The notes under the pieces: generated by a model
What the model was told of the DNA's origin: nothing
The model's input: only the letters and a program-made list of their open reading frames with translations
Database searches by the model: none
Part shown: positions 27,450-33,200 of the stretch, piece after piece
How the letters are laid out: each line of letters begins with the position of its first letter
Position numbering within the stretch: position 1 is the first letter of the stretch
Program-made: the position numbers and the translations under genes
Origin: a virus
Lineage: Duplodnaviria; Caudoviricetes
Virus record (IMG/VR): IMGVR_UViG_3300017903_001967
Span: 1 to 33,200 of that record
Strand: one strand, 5' to 3'
Length of the DNA: 33,200 nt

Positions 27450-27477
27450 TTGCAACTATCCCTCATTGGTGTAAAGT
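27450..27477 (+). promoter_or_regulatory. Candidate sigma70 early promoter
   Basis: TTGCAA-16 bp-TAAAGT with an AT-rich upstream region, ahead of the early gene cluster. Confidence 0.45.
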
Positions 27478-27509
27478 GTATACATCAACAACAAACAAGG
27501 GTTAAGCAA

Positions 27510-27728
27510 ATGAACGCACGCAACTTGCACATCGCACTGGAGAAGATCGAGAACGCATTGTATGCCATCGGTCTTGAGCATATCCGCACAATCAATGCTC
27601 GCTTACTGGCTCCAGTCTTGAAGCTAACCGGATTCCGATTCAGCAAAGATTACCGCCATTGTTCAACTATCCGCCATCGTTTGGTTTACATGATGGTCGA
27701 TACAGTCAAGGCAAACACGGGCGCATAA
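27510..27728 (+). CDS. Early hypothetical protein (start revised)
   Basis: ATG at 27510 after AAGGG gives MNARNLHIALEK... Confidence 0.6.
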   Translation: MNARNLHIALEKIENALYAIGLEHIRTINARLLAPVLKLTGFRFSKDYRHCSTIRHRLVYMMVDTVKANTGA

Positions 27729-27758
27729 CGCGCCCATCAACTAAAAGAGGGTAACAAC

Positions 27759-28061
27759 ATGGAAAACCAACAAAGCGAATATTCGTACTCAACAATGATC
27801 GACGGTCAAATGACCGACGTTTACACGTCGCGCGCTGGCATTGAATACATCGTCGAGTGCGGTCGCGCTACCCATTGGCGCGGTATTCGGTTGTATGCCG
27901 AAACCATCCGCGAACTAAAAACCGGAACGCTTCGCGTCATCCAAGAGATGAACGGGGAGCACGTCAAAACCACTACGCCAGCGATCCAGACCGTCGAGCA
28001 GTGCAAAGAAATCGCCAGAGAATTTACCAGCACAAAGCGAGAGGAAATGTTTAAAGCATAG
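27759..28061 (+). CDS. Early hypothetical protein
   Basis: AGAGGG RBS, 100 aa. Confidence 0.7.
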   Translation: MENQQSEYSYSTMIDGQMTDVYTSRAGIEYIVECGRATHWRGIRLYAETIRELKTGTLRVIQEMNGEHVKTTTPAIQTVEQCKEIAREFTSTKREEMFKA

Positions 28062-28067
28062 CCGTCT

Positions 28068-28088
28068 AGCCATCTTCGGGTGGCTTTT
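28068..28088 (+). terminator. Hairpin with UUCG loop, weak intrinsic terminator
   Basis: AGCCATC-TTCG-GGTGGCT followed by TTT. Confidence 0.6.
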
Positions 28089-28134
28089 CGGGTGCGCTTT
28101 GCACCATCAACCAACAACAGAGAGAGATTCAACA

Positions 28135-28479
28135 ATGAACAATTTAAAAGACTTTGATAGCTACATCGACTCGATTTGCGATGACATCTGGATTAATTAC
28201 AAGGCAGATTTAAACGATCAAGACGATTGGCCCGACATCGCACATGAGTGCGCGGACGGTAGCCAGTACGTCATCTATTACGGCATGGCGTGGGATCTAG
28301 TGACGATGATTCGTCATCACGATTTTTCATCGTTCGATAGCGCGGAGGATGCCGCGTTCAATTCCGGCGTCGAGTTCGAGAGCGCGAATCAGATGATGGC
28401 GTTAATCGCTTATGAACTCATCTATCAGCACATCATGCTGACGCTGAACAATAAGCACAATGAGCAGGAGGCCGCATGA
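28135..28479 (+). CDS. Ocr (T7 gp0.3)-like acidic DNA-mimic protein (putative)
   Basis: 114 aa and very acidic. DIAHECADGSQYVIYY parallels T7 Ocr DAIHMAADNAVPHYY, and ALIAYELI parallels ARIYEQL. Early position. Confidence 0.6.
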   Translation: MNNLKDFDSYIDSICDDIWINYKADLNDQDDWPDIAHECADGSQYVIYYGMAWDLVTMIRHHDFSSFDSAEDAAFNSGVEFESANQMMALIAYELIYQHIMLTLNNKHNEQEAA

Positions 28480-28814
28480 TCATTGAACTGACAAGAAAAG
28501 AGAAAATCTTTGTATCCGCATACTTTGACGCCCTCGACTTCACGGAAGATTCGAAAGAGCGCGAACTATGCGAGGTATTCAAACGAGAGCAAGTTATCGA
28601 GTGCCTAGCGTTCTTTGTTTACGCTGAGTGCTATCTGAGTGATGACAACATTGAGCAAGCTGGACACGACTTTTGGCTTTCGCGCAACGGACACGGCACG
28701 GGGTTCTGGGATCGTGATTCTGATTACTACACGCCATACGTGCGCGATTGGTTACAGCGCAAAGCTGAAACATTTAAAGAAGTGGACGTGATATTTGAGG
28801 ACTATGCCGCATGA
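28476..28814 (+). CDS. Conserved early phage protein with GHDFWLSRNGHGTGFWDR motif
   Basis: AGGAGG RBS, ATGA overlaps, acidic composition and a striking motif. Function unknown. Confidence 0.7.
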   Translation: MIIELTRKEKIFVSAYFDALDFTEDSKERELCEVFKREQVIECLAFFVYAECYLSDDNIEQAGHDFWLSRNGHGTGFWDRDSDYYTPYVRDWLQRKAETFKEVDVIFEDYAA

Positions 28815-28969
28815 ACAAGACAGACATCATTCTGGCCGCTATCACGGCGGCCCTACTGTTAACCGGCGCTATGTTGGCCCTTAACTTTGAATGGCTTCCA
28901 GCCTTCGCCTTTACCAGTGGCGGAGTGCTGGGGCTTGTCAGTCTCGAAGCTATCAATGGAGGGCTTTAA
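28811..28969 (+). CDS. 52-aa two-TM membrane protein (not in ORF track)
   Basis: MNKTDIILAAITAALLLTGAMLALNFEWLPAFAFTSGGVLGLVSLEAINGGL. GAGGA RBS, ATGA overlap, fills the gap between neighbours. Confidence 0.65.
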   Translation: MNKTDIILAAITAALLLTGAMLALNFEWLPAFAFTSGGVLGLVSLEAINGGL

Positions 28970-28971
28970 AC

Positions 28972-29322
28972 ATGATTAACGTAGGGGAGCAGTGTATCTA
29001 CTGCGATGAAAGCGTTGCGTGGGGCTCCGGTTTATACGTGAACCGGATTCCGGCAGACGATGGCGAGCGAACCGGGTTCATGTGCGGCGTATGCGTAGAT
29101 GACGCGGAGAAACTGGCCGAAGAATGTAGGCCGGAGCTGTTCGGCTTTACCGTAATCGACCGCGATGGCGGCGGGATATTCAGCTCTGAGCCTGAATACG
29201 AAACATACCAAGAAGCATTACGAGATGGCGATCATGTACTGTGCGATATGAACGGCGGCAGTCTCGAGGTGTGGCTATGGGATGACAGACTTGAAGATAT
29301 AAAGCAATCATGGGAGGTGTAA
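28972..29322 (+). CDS. Zinc-finger early protein (start revised)
   Basis: GGAGGG RBS. CIYC...VNRIPAD...CGVC followed by an acidic C-terminal part. Confidence 0.65.
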   Translation: MINVGEQCIYCDESVAWGSGLYVNRIPADDGERTGFMCGVCVDDAEKLAEECRPELFGFTVIDRDGGGIFSSEPEYETYQEALRDGDHVLCDMNGGSLEVWLWDDRLEDIKQSWEV

Positions 29323-29325
29323 TCA

Positions 29326-29559
29326 ATGTCAGTAGAAGTAGAGACGGGCGTGCCGGTGCCCACGCAGAAAGTCGGCAAGCTAGGGCGCTGGAAAGAGATT
29401 GCCCAGGGTATGGAGGTAGGTGGCCCTGGCGTACTCCTAAAAGGCGAGAAGGCTGGCAGTAATGCGGCGCGGTGCTTACGTACCGCCAGCAAATCTTTAG
29501 GCCATAAGATTAACCAGCAGACCACCGCCGAGGGTGTCGTGGTTTGGAGGGTCGAATGA
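29326..29559 (+). CDS. Small basic protein, possibly DNA-binding
   Basis: GGAGG RBS. VETGVPVP...W...MEVG...GVVVWRVE pattern of small phage DNA-binding-like proteins. Confidence 0.6.
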   Translation: MSVEVETGVPVPTQKVGKLGRWKEIAQGMEVGGPGVLLKGEKAGSNAARCLRTASKSLGHKINQQTTAEGVVVWRVE

Positions 29560-29735
29560 TAGAGCCCGAATGGTACGCACGAGGCGATGTCGGCGAGTAC
29601 GTGTTAACGCTAGTCGAACATCATTTAATCAACCAGTGGGACGAAGCTGGCTTTACTGAATCGGCTACGGGTATCGGTCTCTCAGATGATGAGATCGCAA
29701 AGGTAATCGAACAGGAAAAGCTAGAAAACAGTTAA
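29556..29735 (+). CDS. Small acidic hypothetical protein (start revised)
   Basis: GGAGGG RBS and ATGA overlap at 29556. Confidence 0.55.
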   Translation: MIEPEWYARGDVGEYVLTLVEHHLINQWDEAGFTESATGIGLSDDEIAKVIEQEKLENS

Positions 29736-29783
29736 CAACTACTGTAAAGTTTAGAGAAGTTACATAACAAAGAGGGTGAAAAT

Positions 29784-29990
29784 ATGAACGGTTACGAAAG
29801 CGAATTAATGAAGCAGAGGTTTAAGACGCTCGATGCTTTTTGGGGTCATGTCTGGGAGCTATCCAGATACGACGAGGGCGATGCAGATATGCCGTCGGCT
29901 GAAGATATAGAGCGTCTGCGGTCGGTGTTGTGGCAGTTTTATCGTGATTACGACATGACTAAGTGCCATGTTTTAAGGGGCCTATCATGA
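29784..29990 (+). CDS. Small hypothetical protein
   Basis: AGAGGG RBS, 68 aa. Confidence 0.6.
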   Translation: MNGYESELMKQRFKTLDAFWGHVWELSRYDEGDADMPSAEDIERLRSVLWQFYRDYDMTKCHVLRGLS

Positions 29991-30316
29991 GTTGGGATTT
30001 TAAGTATGTATCTGCCGCGTGCCCTGAGCTAACCAAAGCCGAGATCGAGGTGCTAATTGACCATCTGCACTCAGATTCTCGATACGAATCAGCTACAGCG
30101 AGCAGTATCCAAGAGCTTGCACGTCAAATCTTCCCTGATATCTACAGGCACAGAGAGGCGGTGACTAACCAGCACGTTCGTGAGGCCATAGAGTTAATCG
30201 AACGGGCGGCAAGTCTTCTGGTAAGGGTGCCTTGTAAAAGCGATGAAATTAGTCGCAGTGAAATCGAACTTAAAAGCAACATTGCTTGGCTGAAGAAAGA
30301 GATCGGAGAGGAATGA
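29987..30316 (+). CDS. Hypothetical protein (start revised)
   Basis: AAGGGG RBS and ATGA overlap at 29987. Confidence 0.6.
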   Translation: MSWDFKYVSAACPELTKAEIEVLIDHLHSDSRYESATASSIQELARQIFPDIYRHREAVTNQHVREAIELIERAASLLVRVPCKSDEISRSEIELKSNIAWLKKEIGEE

Positions 30317-30510
30317 TGGAGCGGCTATGGCCTGAGACCCTGCTTCAGCTTTACTTTAACACCTGTAGGGGTTTTGATGAGAGACCGACATGGGAGGGCT
30401 TGGTTCAGTTTGCGGAGGACATTGCGACAAACTACAAGACCGGCCCTCACCATGAGGTGGTAACTGATTACATCAGAAGGAGGAAAGGCGATGAACCTAC
30501 CCAGAGATAA
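30313..30510 (+). CDS. Small hypothetical protein (start revised)
   Basis: GGAGAGG RBS and ATGA overlap at 30313. Confidence 0.55.
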   Translation: MMERLWPETLLQLYFNTCRGFDERPTWEGLVQFAEDIATNYKTGPHHEVVTDYIRRRKGDEPTQR

Positions 30511-30796
30511 GGCACTAATCAATATCGTGGCGCTTGTACATGACGACGCTGATGAATTCATGGGCGCACAGATAGATGACTACGATCGCAACACCGGCAT
30601 CGCGTCATTGATCGTTGACGTGGACGAGATAGATCACGACGAGATCCCACATCAAGATTGGGATACGACTGAGTTTCATGGAAACGTGGCAACATTGCCT
30701 CACACATGGATAGAGCCAGTTAGTTGCACATGGAACGGCTACGAAATCATTAACGATCAAGAAATATGCGAGAGGTTGCACCATTATGAAAATTAA
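30491..30796 (+). CDS. Acidic hypothetical protein
   Basis: AGGAGG RBS, D/E-rich, 101 aa. Confidence 0.6.
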   Translation: MNLPRDKALINIVALVHDDADEFMGAQIDDYDRNTGIASLIVDVDEIDHDEIPHQDWDTTEFHGNVATLPHTWIEPVSCTWNGYEIINDQEICERLHHYEN

Positions 30797-31070
30797 ACTG
30801 CCAAAAGAGCTACCGATGGATTCGTTGGAGCAGTCGCTTCAGATGTTAAGAGAAATCAAGGTAGTCAATGAAGTAGATCAGAAGCCGGAATTAGGCTCCT
30901 GTGAGTTTTACATGAACGATTACCTCGACATGATCGAGCGTGATTACAAGCATGGTTGGGCTGACTGCATGAGCAATCGGTCTAACCTTTGCTCTAACGA
31001 TGCCTATATGCAAGGGTATGAAGACTGTAAGTACGAAAAAGAGTACATAAAAGAGAGCGGTGACTGCTAA
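30786..31070 (+). CDS. Hypothetical protein with YxxGW/YxxGY motifs
   Basis: DYKHGWADC...AYMQGYEDC. Last gene of the early operon. Confidence 0.55.
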   Translation: MKIKLPKELPMDSLEQSLQMLREIKVVNEVDQKPELGSCEFYMNDYLDMIERDYKHGWADCMSNRSNLCSNDAYMQGYEDCKYEKEYIKESGDC

Positions 31071-31142
31071 GATGACCCTGTCTAAGGCCCTCTTTGCCTG
31101 TTGGCCGGTTGGCCGCGTTCCGGTAGACGAAATCGCGGCACC

Positions 31143-31739
31143 TTATTCCTTGTGTTCAGACACTATTGCATTCCGGTAGTCAAGCAACGCCTTACCTCTT
31201 AACATACTAGATTGACTTTTGTTTTTTCGCTTTGCCCAAACGCTTGCGTCTTTTTTCTTCACGCTTGGGTTGATATGCTCGACAGCAAAAAGACTTTCAC
31301 CTACCGGCTTATACCAGACGTTTATATCTCGCATTCTTCTGACTCCTCCCGGTCGTATATCAATACAACTAAAACCCATCCGCTCCCAAAACTGATTTGC
31401 CGAAATATCTGAGCCACAGCGAAGACTTATGCCGTCAGCACCAACCAGTCTATTCATTGACTCTAGCTGACTCACAAGTCCAGCCCCATACCACTGACCT
31501 CTCAAGTCATACTCAATACAGGCTTGGTGTATTTTATTTACTTTATCTAAACCCATTGAGCCATGATAAAGATAACCAGCGTGTTGATTATTCACTAACG
31601 CCAACAGTATTCGCTGGTTGTTAAGCTCTCTCTCAAATACGGCTTTTGGATAAAACGCTAACTCTTCAGCGTTTTTCTTTTGAAGATGGTCAATGTAAGA
31701 CAGGTCACTAAAAGTTGCATACCTTATTTCAAGATCCAT
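31143..31739 (-). CDS. GNAT-family acetyltransferase
   Basis: IRYAT N-terminus, acetyl-CoA motif A-like LRGQWYGAGL, and motif B ANQFWERMGF. Confidence 0.8.
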   Translation of the reverse strand: MDLEIRYATFSDLSYIDHLQKKNAEELAFYPKAVFERELNNQRILLALVNNQHAGYLYHGSMGLDKVNKIHQACIEYDLRGQWYGAGLVSQLESMNRLVGADGISLRCGSDISANQFWERMGFSCIDIRPGGVRRMRDINVWYKPVGESLFAVEHINPSVKKKDASVWAKRKNKSQSSMLRGKALLDYRNAIVSEHKE

Positions 31740-31752
31740 CAGGGTGCCCCGC

Positions 31753-31935
31753 CTAACCAGCAGACTTCTCTAGCGCACCATTAATAGCGGCCCTTGTCGT
31801 AAAGGGTTTTCCATCCGCCGACTTGAAGTAATTAATGCCTTGCTCATCTAAGATACGGATTAGCTTTGGCACCTGATACACCTTGAAGATGTCAAACAGG
31901 TCACGGTAGTACAGGAATTCAGTTTGATCGCTCAT
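31753..31935 (-). CDS. DUF4224/excisionase-like small DNA-binding protein
   Basis: FL...DL...KLIRILDEQGINYFKSADGKPFTTRAAI resembles the DUF4224 pattern. AGGAG RBS. Confidence 0.65.
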   Translation of the reverse strand: MSDQTEFLYYRDLFDIFKVYQVPKLIRILDEQGINYFKSADGKPFTTRAAINGALEKSAG

Positions 31936-31946
31936 TTAAATCTCCT

Positions 31947-31980
31947 AAAAAAAGCCCCGCACCCTGGGAAGTAGCGGGGC
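31947..31980 (-). terminator. Intrinsic terminator between SSB-like and DUF4224 genes
   Basis: GCCCCGC-13-nt loop-GCGGGGC followed by 7 T, then AGGAG RBS. Confidence 0.75.
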
Positions 31981-32024
31981 AAGATGCCAGCCTCGGAGCT
32001 AATGAAGCCGACATAGGGTTAAAG

Positions 32025-32306
32025 TTACCAAGGGATGTCTTCGTTTGGAATTGACTCCTGCTTTGGCGCTTCGGGCTTGGGCGCGGTTGGCTTCCACATA
32101 TCACGCTCCGCATATAACTTGCCGCCCTGAGACTGCTTGATGTCGATGTTAATCCACTCAAGACTTGGGTCTGCCTTCTTTTGCGCGGCAACCCATGCAC
32201 CAAACTCATCGAGCTTGAGAGAAATTTTCTCTTTTACCCAGTCTGGCGTACCTTCTGACTTGTTCTTGATGATCATGCCATCAACAAAAACCTTCTCTTC
32301 ATTCAT
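32025..32306 (-). CDS. Single-stranded DNA-binding protein-like
   Basis: Small beta-rich core, Pro-rich linker and acidic-aromatic tail NEDIPW. Follows the annealase. Confidence 0.65.
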   Translation of the reverse strand: MNEEKVFVDGMIIKNKSEGTPDWVKEKISLKLDEFGAWVAAQKKADPSLEWINIDIKQSQGGKLYAERDMWKPTAPKPEAPKQESIPNEDIPW

Positions 32307-32308
32307 GG

Positions 32309-32914
32309 TTATTCTCCCATTACTTTACGTGCGGCATTGAACTCATCAGATTTGAGCGCGGCACGTTCAGCCGTAGTAAATGCCCCGCCCTTTGAAGGAG
32401 CCAGCCACAGGGCTTGCTTATCTTCAGTTGAAATCTCACCCCACGCCTCAGCGATGTTGTCCCACTTTGGCTCATCCATGTTGATGTACTCCTTAATGAA
32501 GTAGATCGAGGCTGAGTTGTTACGCCATGCTTCGTTGTGGGCAACAAGCCTCTCCATTTCTTCGCTGGAGCCTTGGTTGTTTTGTTGTTGGATAGCGTTG
32601 GCTACTTCATCTGCTGAAGCTATCTCAGAGCCGCCCAGCCCGAAGAACGCTAAGGCTCTTCCTACTGCGCTGGTCTCTGCATTCTCTAACGCTGAAGTAC
32701 GGTTGATCTTGCTGGCTGTTCTAACCTCTTCAGCGTAGCCAGTAGCAATCACTTGATCGCCCTGAGATATTGTGGCCTTCATAACAACCAACACATCGTT
32801 GGCCTCAACCAGATCGGTTTGAATGGTGAAGTCGGGATGCTTCTCCCTAAACTCCTGAATACGCAAGGCTACAGTCTTGTATTCTTTGCCATGAATCTTG
32901 ACGGTTCCCGCCAT
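32309..32914 (-). CDS. Sak/Rad52-like single-strand annealing protein
   Basis: KEYKTVALRIQEFR, ATGYAEE and ALENAETSAVGRAL motifs. AAGGAG RBS. Confidence 0.7.
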   Translation of the reverse strand: MAGTVKIHGKEYKTVALRIQEFREKHPDFTIQTDLVEANDVLVVMKATISQGDQVIATGYAEEVRTASKINRTSALENAETSAVGRALAFFGLGGSEIASADEVANAIQQQNNQGSSEEMERLVAHNEAWRNNSASIYFIKEYINMDEPKWDNIAEAWGEISTEDKQALWLAPSKGGAFTTAERAALKSDEFNAARKVMGE

Positions 32915-32929
32915 CTTTCTCTCCTTTGT

Positions 32930-33000
32930 TGTAATGAGATGTAATGGAGTGTACTAAAGTTGTATAAAGATGTAAACATCTGTAAACATTTGTATGCATA
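32930..33000. repeat. Phased array of seven TGTA motifs (10-11 bp period)
   Basis: TGTA at 32930, 32940, 32950, 32961, 32971, 32981 and 32991. Confidence 0.8.
32948..32976 (-). promoter_or_regulatory. Sigma70-like promoter for the leftward annealase/SSB operon
   Basis: Minus strand TTTACA-17 bp-TACACT. Confidence 0.6.
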
Positions 33001-33012
33001 GGCAGATCATGT

Positions 33013-33041
33013 TTGACAGTTTGGCAAAACTAGGCCAAAGT
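33013..33041 (+). promoter_or_regulatory. Candidate sigma70 promoter for the replication operon
   Basis: Perfect TTGACA-17 bp-CAAAGT upstream of the ATPase RBS. Confidence 0.5.
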
Positions 33042-33059
33042 TAAAGGCTTTCTGGGCCA

Positions 33060-33200
33060 AAAAAAGGAGACACCAATGCAGGATGATTGGGCAATGTACT
33101 GCGAAGAACTCAATAAAATCCAAGTAAACCCCACTCAAGTACCCACCCCGCACATAAACGGAGCAACGCACCAAAACGGAACGTCATCAGCACTATCAAA
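33060..33200. repeat. Terminal direct repeat, right copy (circular assembly overlap)
   Basis: Exact copy of 1-141, giving a circular genome of 33,059 bp. Confidence 0.95.

Noticed and set aside
30786-31070. Ribosome modulation factor homologue
   Set aside because: Only generic YxxGW/YxxGY motifs are present, and the CPY core is absent.
31071-31142. Hammerhead ribozyme or guanidine-III riboswitch
   Set aside because: GAAA is present but there is no CUGANGA core. Guanidine-III first-loop residues are missing, and the element is not in a 5' UTR.
31947-32019. HDV-like/theta ribozyme
   Set aside because: The nested pairing lacks P3/L3, P1.1, P4 and the catalytic J4/2 segment, and no tRNA is adjacent.
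32994-33044. 16-codon mini-ORF upstream of the ATPase
   Set aside because: No RBS, and it overlaps the predicted promoter. Likely chance.

Overview
The window is an apparently complete, circularly assembled ~33,059-bp genome of a tailed phage with podovirus (short-tail) architecture. Positions 1-141 are repeated exactly at 33060-33200. Gene content suggests a marine phage of a Gram-negative proteobacterial host (inference). There are four blocks. (i) Rightward replication/recombination (17-2184): a primase-less RecA-like/AAA_25 ATPase, an inverted 9-bp iteron region (likely origin), and NinB-like and NinG-like genes. (ii) A long leftward late operon (27019-2171): TerS, M15 peptidase endolysin, TerL, portal, a cluster of tiny very basic proteins and a lipoprotein, scaffold, major capsid, tail fiber, beta-propeller, chaperone, membrane/holin cluster, a 1227-aa hyper-acidic protein, tail tubular A/B-like proteins and three internal virion proteins. 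(iii) A rightward early cluster of small ORFs (27510-31070) including an Ocr-like DNA-mimic candidate. (iv) A leftward operon (32914-31143): Sak/Rad52-like annealase, SSB-like protein, DUF4224/Xis-like protein and a GNAT acetyltransferase. I saw no DNA polymerase, primase, RNA polymerase, integrase, CI-type repressor, tRNA or CRISPR. The most notable unexplained signals are a helically phased 7x TGTA array over the divergent promoter, an orphan Xis-like gene followed by a GNAT where an integrase would be expected, a PICI/SaPI-like Rep-plus-origin module, the protamine-like and split-DUF5872 basic-protein cluster, an EF-hand membrane protein next to the holin, repeated hairpin-ATCAAC early leaders, and two candidate pseudoknotted RNAs. 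All family calls come from motif recognition by eye, not database searches.
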